A stretch of 64,000 bases of DNA from an uncultured delta proteobacterium (GCA_963765675.1 CAVXXK010000001.1:1248001-1312000), one strand, 5' to 3'; positions 1 through 9,441 are shown, counted from the first letter of the stretch. Program-made: numbers and translations. Notes: generated by a model not told the origin, from the letters alone.

Positions 1-565
1 CAGCGCAATCAGGATAATGCTGATGACCACGCCGCCGAAGGTTGAAGCCACTTCGACTCCAAAACCGTGCTGGTCGAAAATCACCAGATAGAACGTAGTC
101 AGAAATGTGATCTCGACGATGATCCAGGCATACGCCAGGCGCCGCGCCGACATTATGTAGCGAAATCCGAACGCCGCAACGAACAGAAACGGAAGCATCA
201 GCCATGGCGCCTCTGAGAGCTGCCCGGCCAGTGGCACCGACAACGCGAGCCCCGCGCCAGTCACGACGAATGAACCGCAGCGCTTTAAACGGCGTGAGCA
301 TCGCGCCGCCCGACGACGCCAGGATCCACAGCACGTACGGCCCCAGGAGCGCATCGACGTGCGCCGCGGCCATCAGGCCGAAGCCGAGCGCACAGATAAA
401 CCCGGTGCGAAGGGCGGTGCGCGTCCGACGCGGATGCGCCTCGAGATCGAGCGCGAGCGCGCCGAACAGCGAGTCCACGCCGTGGATTATTCGGCGGGCA
501 CCGGCGCCCGCGAGTCCTCGCAGCCGCCGGCCCGAGCGAACTTCGATCCCTCGCGCGGTGGCCAT
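1..565 (-). CDS. FUSC/MdtO-like inner-membrane efflux protein, runs off the window start, frameshift near 270
   Basis: Hand translation from the ATG at 565 gives MATARGIEVRSG...HPRRTRTALRTGFICALGFGLMAAAHVDALLGPYVLWIL...KALRFI. Removing one T continues it as VVTGAGLALSVPLAGQLSEAPWLMLPFLFVAAFG...EITFLTTFYLVIFD. It is multi-TM and lies 4 bp downstream of the membrane-fusion gene, as in ytcA-mdtN-mdtO. Confidence 0.75.
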   Translation of the reverse strand, partial: MATARGIEVRSGRRLRGLAGAGARRIIHGVDSLFGALALDLEAHPRRTRTALRTGFICALGFGLMAAAHVDALLGPYVLWILASSGGAMLTPFKALRFIRRDWRGARVVGATGRAALRGAMADASVSVRCGVRISLHNVGAAPGVCLDHRRDHISDYVLSGDFRPARFWSRSGFNLRRRGHQHYPDCA

Positions 566-569
566 CGAA

Positions 570-1604
570 TTAGCGGAAGCCCTGGATCGTGACCACTGCG
601 GTCTGTCCGGTGCGCAACGGATATTCCGGATCGCTCTGATCGAGGGTGATCCGCACCGGAAAGCGCTGCGACAAACGAACCCAATTGAGGGTCGGCTCGA
701 CCTGCGGCAGCCCATCGACGCTGGCGCCGTTTTGCTGGTAGAGCGCCCAGCCGACGCCCTGCACGGTTCCGCGGAACGGATGATTCGGATAGCTCAGCAG
801 ATAGATCTGCGCGGTCATCCCGGGGCGGATATTTCCGAGAAAATTCTCGCGGAAATTCGCGACGACGTACCAGACCCGGTTGTCGACCAGGTTGAGCACG
901 TCCTTGCCCTCGTTGGCGTACTGTCCGACCGCGATATTGAGATTGGTGACGTAGCCGTCGAAGGGGGCGCGCACGTAGCAATAGTTAACATTCAGGCGCG
1001 CGTTGGTGACGTCGGCCTCGGCCTGCTTGCGGCGCGCGTTGATATCGCCGTATTGGCCGAGTTCGCTCTGGGCCTGGCTGACGGTCGCGCGCGAATTCTC
1101 GACTGCGGCCTCCGCCGCACGCAGCTTGCTGCGCGCATCGAAGACGTCGTTGGCGGTGACGTAATGCTTGGCGAGTAGAGGCTCGATGCGATGCAGATAC
1201 TGGCGCGCGTATGCCAGGTCGGCCTCGCGCCGCTTCTGCTCGGAGCTTGCGGCGCGAATGGCGTCGTCGAGACCGTTTATCTGCAGGTTGGTCAGTTCAA
1301 GCTTGGCGACCAGCGCGTCGAGTATCGCCTGGTAGGGCCGCGGATCGACGATAAACAGCATATCGCCCTTGTGAACGTGCTGATTGTCGACGATCGGCAG
1401 CTTGATGATCGGTCCGCTGACGTGCGGCGCGACGCCGATCAGATTGGCCCGGACGTAAGCGTCGTCGGTGCGCGGATAGATGTAGTAAAGGCGCGTGACG
1501 AATACGATCGCGACGATCGCGGCCACGATAATCGCAACGCTCAGCAATCTTCCGATTGCTTTCAGTGCCGGATTGTCCGCCGGTACCTCGTCTCCAGGAG
1601 CCAT
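570..1604 (-). CDS. mdtN: HlyD/MdtN-family membrane fusion protein
   Basis: N-terminal TM, then PRTDDAYVRAN, a lipoyl-like half (APHVSGPI...DNQHVHKGD), a coiled coil, VRAPFDGYVTN and LNWVRLSQRFPVRI. Confidence 0.85.
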   Translation of the reverse strand: MAPGDEVPADNPALKAIGRLLSVAIIVAAIVAIVFVTRLYYIYPRTDDAYVRANLIGVAPHVSGPIIKLPIVDNQHVHKGDMLFIVDPRPYQAILDALVAKLELTNLQINGLDDAIRAASSEQKRREADLAYARQYLHRIEPLLAKHYVTANDVFDARSKLRAAEAAVENSRATVSQAQSELGQYGDINARRKQAEADVTNARLNVNYCYVRAPFDGYVTNLNIAVGQYANEGKDVLNLVDNRVWYVVANFRENFLGNIRPGMTAQIYLLSYPNHPFRGTVQGVGWALYQQNGASVDGLPQVEPTLNWVRLSQRFPVRITLDQSDPEYPLRTGQTAVVTIQGFR

Positions 1605-1614
1605 GGCGCCGCCG

Positions 1615-1893
1615 TCACACCCGATTAAAAAAGATTACCCAGAAGACGCATCCGAGCAGAACCGCAAGGCTCGCGTAAACCGCGGGCAACGGCCACATGT
1701 AACGCTCGACGCCGACCGCGACAAAGATTGGCCGCAGCAGCGCGGCGAGGATCGCGCCCACGATCGCGGCGACGAGCCAGCTCGGAAAATTCGCGCCCGC
1801 GATATTGACGATCGGATCGCATCCCGCCGCCGTGCACAGCGCGCAGGCCGCGATCACCGGACGCAGCGGAATCGATAGTGCCCTATGATTCAT
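1615..1893 (-). CDS. ytcA: YtcA-family lipoprotein
   Basis: Lipobox AAGC, then DPIVNIAGANFPSW and two TM segments; directly upstream of the mdtN-like gene. Confidence 0.8.
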   Translation of the reverse strand: MNHRALSIPLRPVIAACALCTAAGCDPIVNIAGANFPSWLVAAIVGAILAALLRPIFVAVGVERYMWPLPAVYASLAVLLGCVFWVIFFNRV

Positions 1894-1947
1894 GCGGGAA
1901 AGATTCTACGCGCCGGATTGCGCGTAAGCATCATCGCCGGGCGATCA

Positions 1948-1971
1948 AAAATTATCATCAAAATTATCATC
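1948..1971. repeat. Perfect 12-bp tandem repeat (AAAATTATCATC)x2 in the divergent promoter region
   Basis: Copies at 1948-1959 and 1960-1971; AT-rich patch in GC-rich context. Confidence 0.8.
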
Positions 1972-2084
1972 GAAACCGTCCTGGATCGGCGCGATTTCAG
2001 AGCGCAGGCGGACTAGGCTTGTGCGGACCGGGGCCGGGATAAACCGGATCGGCGGACTTCGCAAGCGTCAATCTCGAGGGCTTT

Positions 2085-3626
2085 ATGTACGCGAAAACGA
2101 TTACGGATTATAACCTTCGCGCGGACGTTCGGCAGAGACGCAAATTAACGCGCGCGAGAATTCCCGTCCGCGCGGCGGCGCTGCTTCTTGCCGCGTGGAT
2201 CGCGGGATGCGCCAGCTACGCCGAGCGGCCCGAGATTACGCCCGATCTCTACTCGCCCGCCGCGGCAGATAGTCCATGGACTCCGGCCGCGCGCGAACAG
2301 CCGCAGTATCACATTGCGGCGGTGACGCAGGAGATCGCGCAAGCAGGTTCGGAAAATCATTCGGCCGCGCACGGGTCGCGCTACGACCTGCCGCGGCTGA
2401 TCGATCTGGCGCTGCGGCTGAATCCGAACACTCGCCAGTCGTGGCAATTGGCGCGTTCAGCGGCCGCATCCTATGGAATCGCGCAGGCGCCCTACTATCC
2501 GCGCGCGAGTTTTGAGGCCGACGGCGGCTACAACCGCCTGCTGTTCCAGGTCAATCCGGGACCTGCCGTGATCAAGCAATGGTCGGCGTCGCCGATGGCC
2601 GAGCTGACCTACACGCTGCTCGATTTCGGCCGGCGCAGCGCGGATTCCGAGCTGGCGCGACAGGAACTCGCGGCGGCGAACTTCGGCTTCAATCGAACGA
2701 TGCAGACCGTCGTGTACGAGGTGCAGAGCGCCTACTACTCTCTCGCCGCGGCGCAGGCCGCCGTACAGGCCGCGACCGAAAACGTGGAGCTGGCGCGCAC
2801 GGACCTCGAGGCGGTTTCGCGCCGCGTAAATCTGGGACTCGCGACCGAGCCGGCATTGCTGCTCGCGCGCGAAAGTGAGGCGCAGGCCGAGTATCAGCTT
2901 GAAAGCGCGCACACCCTCGTCAACGATTCGCGCGCGGGGCTCGCGGTCGCGGTCGGAGTGGCGGCCGATCAGCCGCTCGAAATTGAGAGCCTCGACCATC
3001 AGCCAGTGCCGAAAACACTCGGCAAGGAAGTCGAGCAGTTGATCACCGAAGCGGTTCGCGAGCGTCCCGACCTCGAGGCGGAAGCGGCGAGGTATCGCGC
3101 CAGCGAAGCCGCGGTGAAGCGCTCGCACGCCGAATGGTTTCCGGTGCTGACGGCGGGCGCCAACTATGGCGAGCAGGCGTGGTGGTACACGTTCTCGAAC
3201 TCGAACACGATCAAGAGCGCCTCGCCGCAGTACGAAGCGCTGCTAACGTTGCGTTGGGACATTTTTACCGGCTTCAGCCGTCTCGACGACGATCGGCGCA
3301 CCGAGGCCAATCGCAAGGCCGAGCGCGAGAGCGTCAAGTCGCTTGAGCTCGAAACGATCGCGGAGGTCTGGCGCTCCTACTACGACTTTCAGACCGCGGT
3401 GAAGAAATACCAGTTCGCGCAGGCGCTGCTTGCCGCCGCGCAGGAATCCTACAACGACAATCTCGACACCTACCGCCAGGGCCTGAGCACAATCGTCGAG
3501 CTCCTGACCGCCGACACCGCGCTGGCGAACGCCCGCCTGACGATGGTCCAATCCACCGCGGAGCTACTGACCTCGTCAGCAACGGTCGCATACGCGGTTG
3601 GCGCGGTGGATCTGCCGCGGCGATGA
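2085..3626 (+). CDS. TolC-family outer-membrane efflux lipoprotein
   Basis: Lipobox IAGC; two OEP repeats (LIDLALRLNP...YYPRASF...YTLLDFG; AVRERPDL...WFPVL...WDIFTGF); YRQGLSTIVELLTA. Confidence 0.9.
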   Translation: MYAKTITDYNLRADVRQRRKLTRARIPVRAAALLLAAWIAGCASYAERPEITPDLYSPAAADSPWTPAAREQPQYHIAAVTQEIAQAGSENHSAAHGSRYDLPRLIDLALRLNPNTRQSWQLARSAAASYGIAQAPYYPRASFEADGGYNRLLFQVNPGPAVIKQWSASPMAELTYTLLDFGRRSADSELARQELAAANFGFNRTMQTVVYEVQSAYYSLAAAQAAVQAATENVELARTDLEAVSRRVNLGLATEPALLLARESEAQAEYQLESAHTLVNDSRAGLAVAVGVAADQPLEIESLDHQPVPKTLGKEVEQLITEAVRERPDLEAEAARYRASEAAVKRSHAEWFPVLTAGANYGEQAWWYTFSNSNTIKSASPQYEALLTLRWDIFTGFSRLDDDRRTEANRKAERESVKSLELETIAEVWRSYYDFQTAVKKYQFAQALLAAAQESYNDNLDTYRQGLSTIVELLTADTALANARLTMVQSTAELLTSSATVAYAVGAVDLPRR

Positions 3627-3656
3627 GCAAAGCTGATAGCATAGTTGTAGACTTGA

Positions 3657-3845
3657 ATGAGCATGAGAGACGCGATGAACAGACGACGGGGCGGGGAAAC
3701 TGGTTCATTGACGGATTGGATTGAGCGCCGAATCGATCGGGAAGGGCTGCGGCGGGAAGTCGATGAACTGGTAGATCAGATGATGATTCAGCAGCGGCTG
3801 ACCGAGATGCGTGAGCGGTCCGGCACGACTCAGCGTGAGTCTTAA
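3657..3845 (+). pseudogene. Truncated XRE/HTH antitoxin-like ORF
   Basis: EVDELVDQMMIQQRLTEMRERSGTTQRE resembles the first HTH_3 helices; the stop falls exactly at the left edge of the REP doublet. Confidence 0.55.
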
Positions 3846-4030
3846 GTGGCACAGGCTTTAGCCTGTGTCTTCGGCTCTTCGCCTGCTCTTCAAACTTTTC
3901 AGTGATCGGGAAAGTGTTGAGGATCTGAGTCTGGAATTTCCGTCCGGCTCATGAAAACTCTCTGAACTCAGATGATGACACCCATCTTCTGAGGACCTAA
4001 GAACACAGGCTAAAGCCTGTGCCACCTAAG
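3841..4030. mobile_element. REP doublet (REPIN/MITE-like element)
   Basis: GTGGCACAGGCTTTAGCCTGTGT (3846-3868) and its exact reverse complement (4003-4025). Each is a GTGG tetranucleotide plus the hairpin CACAGGC-TTTA-GCCTGTG. The inverted repeat extends to 28 bp with one mismatch. Confidence 0.8.
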
Positions 4031-4049
4031 AACCAGCCGCGCGAGGCTC

Positions 4050-4358
4050 TCATGGTGCGACATACTCGACCTCGGCTTCGGCGACCGTTCGTTCGCGGAA
4101 ATATTTGCTCAGAAATGCCGGCGTATTGAGATCCACTTTCCGCTTAAGGATCGCCGAAAGCTCGCTTTCCATCGCAAAGAATTCCAGGCCGGGCACGAAT
4201 CCGGGCCGGAACTCTACCAGCACGTCGACATCGCTTTCAGCCCCGAAGTCGCCCCGCAGGACGGAGCCAAATAGCGCCAGCTTGCTAATCTGGTGACGAC
4301 GGCAGAAGTCGGCAATGGCCGCCTTTGGAATTTTGATTTTCGCGCGAGGCATATTCAT
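4050..4358 (-). CDS. Minimal nucleotidyltransferase (MNT antitoxin family)
   Basis: [24 protein letters not shown] (GS-x10-DxD motif), RKVDL, about 100 aa. Confidence 0.9.
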   Translation of the reverse strand: MNMPRAKIKIPKAAIADFCRRHQISKLALFGSVLRGDFGAESDVDVLVEFRPGFVPGLEFFAMESELSAILKRKVDLNTPAFLSKYFRERTVAEAEVEYVAP

Positions 4359-4484
4359 GACGTTGCCGGCCGGGCGACTTCAGACCTCGAATCTCGAATG
4401 AATATATCGGATCGCCAAGGACGTTTCCTCTACTTCGACTTCGGGTTCTCGCGGCTGAGTTGGTATGCTCGCCGTCATGACCGC

Positions 4485-5274
4485 CTACTCGATCTTCACC
4501 AGCAGGCCCTTGTTGCGGGCTGAGGCGAAGATCCAGTTGAAAAACAGGATCGCCGCGGCGAAGTAGCTCGCGTTGAGGCCTATTCCCCACCAGAAGTGGA
4601 CGCGCGAGAATCCGCCGCCCGCCAGCACCTGGCGCATCCCTTCGAAGGCGTGCGTCGTCGGCAGTATCCATGCGATAGCACGGAGCACGCGCGGCAGCGA
4701 TTTGATCGGATAAAACACGCACGAGACCGGCTGCAGCAGACCCGGCGAAGCTCCACGCCAGCGTCTGGATTCGCGTCGTGTAGCGCACGATCAGCCCGGC
4801 CATGATGATCCCGATCGCGAACGCGAACAGCACCAGGTTCAGCATGTAGGGCAGGAACGCGCCCAAGAGCGGCACGATATCGAACTTGTACGCCACGATC
4901 GCGATCGCGCTGGCGCACGAGAAGCCGACGATCACCTTAACCACGTTCACGCAGATGAGCCCGGTGATGTACTCCCACACGCTGAGCGGCGAGGAGAACA
5001 GGTTGATCATGTTGCGCGCCCATAGCTCGTCGAGAAAACCGACCGTCATGTCGCGCTGAAACGCGAAGAAGATTCCCCACAGGATCGCCGCGCCAAGCAG
5101 AAAGCTCACCAGGTCCGGATGCAGGCGATTGCCCTGGCTCAGGTAGATCGTGAAGAAGCCCCACAGGATGATGTCGAGCACCGGCCAGTAAACCATGTCC
5201 ATGAAGCGATCCACGTTGCGCCGCGCCTCGTAGCAGTGGCGAACGATTACCGCCATTACGCGATGTAATTTCAT
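4485..5274 (-). CDS. ABC-2 type exporter permease, frameshift near 4741
   Basis: MKLHRVMAVIVRHCYE...YWPVLDIILWGF...DELWARNMINLFSSPL...LAWSFAG. Removing one G gives LLQPVSCVFYPIKSLP...PTTHAFEGMR...GLLVKIE. ATGA overlap with the ATPase. Confidence 0.85.
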
Positions 5275-6014
5275 GCGCTGATCCTTTCCCGCACGATGCG
5301 CAGGAAGACTTCCTCGAGCGCGGGTTCGTCGCGCTCTTCTTTGAGAATCGCCTGCGTGATTTCGATCGGGCTGCCCTGAGCGATCACGCGGCCGTGATTG
5401 AGAAACACGATCCTGCTGCACATCTGCTCGACCTCGGCCATGTTGTGCGAGGTGTACAGAATCGTGGTGCCCTGCTCGCGCTGCACCCGCATCATCATTT
5501 CCTTCACCTGCCACGCGATCTCCGGGTCGAGGTATGCGGTCGGCTCGTCGAGCAGCAACAGCCGCGGATCGTTGAGCATCGCCTTCGCAAGGCCGACGCG
5601 CGTGTTCTCGCCCGACGACAGCCGCGCCACGGGTTTGTTGCGCAGATCGGTGATGCCGAAGGTTTCGAGCAGCGCGTCGATCTTCTCGCGCCGGCGCGGC
5701 ACGTTATACAGCCGCGCGAACACCAGCAGGTTCTCCAGCACCGTCAGCCGGTACGGAAACGCGACGTACGGCGACGTGAAGTTGATCGCCTGCAGAATTT
5801 CCTCGCGATGCGTCCGGATGTCGTGGCCGAAAATTCGCACTTCGCCCGCGCTCGGCGTGATCAGCCCGAGAATCATGTGGATGGTCGTGGTCTTGCCCGC
5901 GCCATTAGGCCCAAGCATCCCGATAATCTCGCCCGGCTCGATTCCAAAACTCACGTCGTCGACGGCGGTGAAATTTCCGAAGCGTTTGGTCAGATGATTT
6001 ACTTCAACCAGCAT
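5271..6014 (-). CDS. ABC exporter ATP-binding protein
   Basis: Walker A GPNGAGKTT, signature LSSGE, Walker B LLLLDEPT, H-loop TSH. Confidence 0.95.
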   Translation of the reverse strand: MLVEVNHLTKRFGNFTAVDDVSFGIEPGEIIGMLGPNGAGKTTTIHMILGLITPSAGEVRIFGHDIRTHREEILQAINFTSPYVAFPYRLTVLENLLVFARLYNVPRRREKIDALLETFGITDLRNKPVARLSSGENTRVGLAKAMLNDPRLLLLDEPTAYLDPEIAWQVKEMMMRVQREQGTTILYTSHNMAEVEQMCSRIVFLNHGRVIAQGSPIEITQAILKEERDEPALEEVFLRIVRERISA

Positions 6015-6089
6015 TTGAATCGTCTCCTGTCGTCCGGCGCCTGTCCTGCTTCGATTGATGGCTGAGGCCCGCGAAAAGAACCGCCGGCG

Positions 6090-6139
6090 AAAAATAAAAA
6101 AAGGCGGCTGCGGATGCGCGATGCACCCGGGGCCGCCTT
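6090..6139 (-). terminator. Intrinsic terminator in the 5' leader of the ABC operon (attenuator)
   Basis: Minus strand reads AAGGCGGC-cc-CGGGTGC-atcgc-GCATCCG-ca-GCCGCCTT followed by TTTTTATTTTT, ending 76 bp upstream of the ATPase start. Confidence 0.8.
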
Positions 6140-6162
6140 CTATTTCCTGTTTCTGATGCTAC

Positions 6163-6234
6163 CTAATGGGCAGGAAGCAGGAGGAACGCGCACCCACGGG
6201 CCGATACCGCTTTATTTCGTTCGATGGCCAACAT
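6163..6234 (-). CDS. Putative leader peptide MLAIERNKAVSARGCAFLLLPAH (34 aa if started at 6267)
   Basis: Short ORF ending 23 nt before the terminator stem; its 3' codons can pair with the terminator 5' arm. Confidence 0.45.
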   Translation of the reverse strand: MLAIERNKAVSARGCAFLLLPAH

Positions 6235-6327
6235 GGGTGTTTGCGCGAGCGCCTCCCGAAAACTCATTCAGACCGCAGTCATGCTAGCATACGCGCCAAC
6301 GGCTGACTATCCTTGTGAGTACCGCTC

Positions 6328-7649
6328 ATGCGAACCGATCTTCGAACCGACTTGCGCGGCCTTGCGGTCACTGCGAACTCCGACGAAGCGGTCGCCGCTA
6401 TCGATCGCTACACCGACGCCGCGATCGCGCTTAAGCCCGGGATGGATGCGATCGTCGCCGCCGCCGACGCGCATCGCGACTGCGCGATGCTGCAGGCGTG
6501 CGCGGCGTCCTTGTTCGCGCTCTCGCAATCGACGGGGCAGGCGCGGCGCGGGGATCAGTACCTGGCGCGGGCGCGCGAGCGTATCGGCGATTTGACCGAG
6601 CGCGAGCGGATTTTTATCGACGCGGTTGGCGCCGGATGCGCCGGCGACTTCATGCGCGCGCTGGGATTGTACGAACAGATCGCGGAACTAGGTGGCCGCG
6701 CGACCTGCTCGCGGCAAAAATCGCCGAGTTTCATTTCTTCGAAACCGGACTCGCCGCGCGCCAGCTCGGCTTCATGGAAAAAATCGCGCCCGCGAATCGC
6801 GATTCCAGCCATGCGCAGGCGATGCTCGCGTTCGCCTGCGAGCTCAACGCGGCGCGCCACCGGGCCGAAGAGCTGGCGGTCCAGGCGCTCGAGCAGGATC
6901 CGCTCACGATGTGGGCGCAGCATTGCCTTGCGCATGTCTTCGCCGGCGACTCGCGCGTCGCCGAAGGGGTCGCCGCGCTGGAACGCTACGCGCCGTCGTG
7001 GGATCGCTTTGGGCAGTACATCCAGTCGCACAACACCTTTCATCTGGCGACGCTTTACCGGACCGAACTCGATTTCGCCCGCGTGCTCGACGCCTACCGC
7101 CGGCATATCTGGGGCTTTCAGCCCGACGCCGTGGTCGAGCACACCGACGCGATTTTGCTCTTGTGGTACGTCGAGCTGGCGGGCGGCGATGTCGGCGGAC
7201 GCTGGCGCGAGATTGCGCCGCACGTGCGCGCCCGCGCGCATGAGCAGGTCTTTCCGTTTCTCAACTCGATCTACCTGTTCGCGCTCGAGCGCGCCGGCGA
7301 ATCGGCGGAGGTCGATCGCGCGCTCGACGAAATGCGTCGCCATGCCGAGCGCCTGAGCGGCGATGCCGCGCGAGTCTGGAACGAAGTGGGGATGGCTGAG
7401 GCGCGCGGATGCGTCGCATATGCTCGCGGCGAGTTCGATCGGACGGCGGATTTACTCGGCGCGATATTGCCGGAGATCGCGATTTGCGGCGGCAGCGACG
7501 AGCAGCGCGGCGTCTTCCACGAAGCGCACTTCATGAGCCTGATCAAAGCGGGGCGCAAGCGCGAGGCCGCGGCCGCGCTCACCGCCTATGCCGGCGCGAG
7601 TCCTATGACCAAGCTCGACCGCCGATGGTTCGAGATGGCCGCCGTCTGA
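6328..7649 (+). CDS. TTC38-like tetratricopeptide repeat protein, frameshift near 6686
   Basis: MRTDLRTDLRGLAVT...LTERER in one frame, WPRDLLAAK...WAQHCLAHV...HNTFHLA...GGSDEQR in the next; pattern typical of TTC38 homologs. Confidence 0.75.
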
Positions 7650-7662
7650 CGGCCGATTCGCT

Positions 7663-9276
7663 TTGCGCAACTGGAAAATCGCGATCGTCTGCATATCTTT
7701 CGTCGCCGCCGTGATTTTCATCATGGCGCGATACGCGTGCGCCGCCTCTGCGCCTGATGCCGCGCGCGATCCGGCGATCGCCGCCGCCGATCGGCTCGAG
7801 CAGCTCGCCACGCTGCGTTTTGGCGCCCTGAGCGCTGCCGAGCGGATGACGGTGCGGGCGGCGCCGCAGCGTCAGCTCAAATGGCTCGGCCCGGCCGCCG
7901 GTCCCGACAATCCGGCCAACGACCTTACGCAGGCGGAGAAGTGGGGACCGGAACGCACGGTTCGCGCCGACATCGTGCGCTGGCTCTACGCCGATCCGCA
8001 GGCGTATGCGCTGATGGATCAGAGCGGACTCGGAATCGCCGGCGCGCGGATCTCGGGCGAGCTGGATTTTTCGTACCTCAGGATCGACAAACCGATCACG
8101 ATTTTTCAATGCTACATTCCCGACGGAGTCGACGCGTCAAATGCGAACTTGCGCAGTCTCGATCTCCGCGCCAGCCGCACCGGAGCGGTGACCGCCGACG
8201 TGGCGACGATCGACGGCGACCTCGATCTGCAATTCGGGCGCTACGCGACGGTAAGCATCTTTCGCACGAAGATCACTGGCAGCCTCGATCTGTCGGGGGC
8301 GCGCGTGACCGGCACGGATCTGGACTCGATCTCGGCGCAGGAGGCGCGAATCGGCGACGACGCGGAATTCGATCAGGGTTTCGCGACCGATGGGACGGTA
8401 GATTTTCGTCTCGCGCGAATCGGCCAGGCGCTGAGCTTCAAGGACGCAAATTTTTTCGGCGACGGCGCAAACGGCCTCGACGCCGACCGCGCACAGATCT
8501 CCGGACCGCTCTACTGGGACGGGATTCGGCATACCCCGCAGACGATTCTCGATCTGGCTGACACGACGGCGCAGGAGCTCTACGACGATCGCGACAGTTG
8601 GCCCGCGGCAGGAAAACTGGACGTCGATGGGTTCGTTTACAACGCGATAATCGGCGGTCCAGCCACCGCCGGCGAACGGCTCCAATGGCTCGCGCTACAG
8701 CCCCCGGGATATCGCCCGCGTCCCTACCGGCAGCTTGCGCAAGTGCTGCGCGAAGAAGGGCGTGACGACGGCGCGGTCGAGGTGATGATCGCCCAGCGGG
8801 TCGCGCAGCGCCGCTTCGGTCATCTGAGCGCGTCCGAACGGGCGTGGAACCTGATGCTCGAGGCGACGATCGGCTACGGCTACAGGCCGCTGCGTGCGCT
8901 GTGGTGGATCGGAGGATTCGTGATCCTGGGCGCGCTTCTATTCGGCACCGGATATCGATTGCGAGTGATTACGCCGACCGAATCGGACGCCTACGAAACT
9001 TTCGAGCGCTCGGGCGACACGCCGCGGCATTATCCGCCGTTCAACGCGCTGGTCTATTCGCTGGAAAATTTTTTGCCGGTCGTCGATCTTCACCAGGGGA
9101 TGTTCTGGCGGCCGAACCCACGCCATCCCGCGCGCTCGCGCCGTGCTGATTCTGCCGGTTCCGGAACTCTCACTGCTACGCTTTTGCGATGGTACCTGTG
9201 GCTGCACATTCTGGCCGGATGGATCCTGACGCCACTTCTGTTCGCGGGCCTGTCGGGTTTGATTCGCCCCGACTGA
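7663..9276 (+). CDS. Beta-helix repeat protein with C-terminal channel-like membrane domain
   Basis: N-terminal hydrophobic segment; repeats I(S/D/T)GxLD(L/F); PYRQLAQVLR, IGYGYRPLRALWW TM, YSLENFLPVVDL pore-like helix, final TM. Confidence 0.7.
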   Translation: MRNWKIAIVCISFVAAVIFIMARYACAASAPDAARDPAIAAADRLEQLATLRFGALSAAERMTVRAAPQRQLKWLGPAAGPDNPANDLTQAEKWGPERTVRADIVRWLYADPQAYALMDQSGLGIAGARISGELDFSYLRIDKPITIFQCYIPDGVDASNANLRSLDLRASRTGAVTADVATIDGDLDLQFGRYATVSIFRTKITGSLDLSGARVTGTDLDSISAQEARIGDDAEFDQGFATDGTVDFRLARIGQALSFKDANFFGDGANGLDADRAQISGPLYWDGIRHTPQTILDLADTTAQELYDDRDSWPAAGKLDVDGFVYNAIIGGPATAGERLQWLALQPPGYRPRPYRQLAQVLREEGRDDGAVEVMIAQRVAQRRFGHLSASERAWNLMLEATIGYGYRPLRALWWIGGFVILGALLFGTGYRLRVITPTESDAYETFERSGDTPRHYPPFNALVYSLENFLPVVDLHQGMFWRPNPRHPARSRRADSAGSGTLTATLLRWYLWLHILAGWILTPLLFAGLSGLIRPD

Positions 9277-9441
9277 TCAGACTTTGAGGCTTCGTTTGCG
9301 GCCGACTGCTCCGCCGATCACTAGCCCAACCGCCGCGCCGATTGCGAGCCAGACTCCAAGATTTTGAAGCGTGAATCCGATCGCCGCGCCAATCGCGGCT
9401 CCGAGAACGATACCGGAGCAAATCGCGGAACTTTGTTTCAT
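9277..9441 (-). CDS. 54-aa glycine-zipper small membrane protein (not in the ORF track)
   Basis: MKQSSAICSGIVLGAAIGAAIGFTLQNLGVWLAIGAAVGLVIGGAVGRKRSLKV; fills the gap between two genes. Confidence 0.65.
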   Translation of the reverse strand: MKQSSAICSGIVLGAAIGAAIGFTLQNLGVWLAIGAAVGLVIGGAVGRKRSLKV

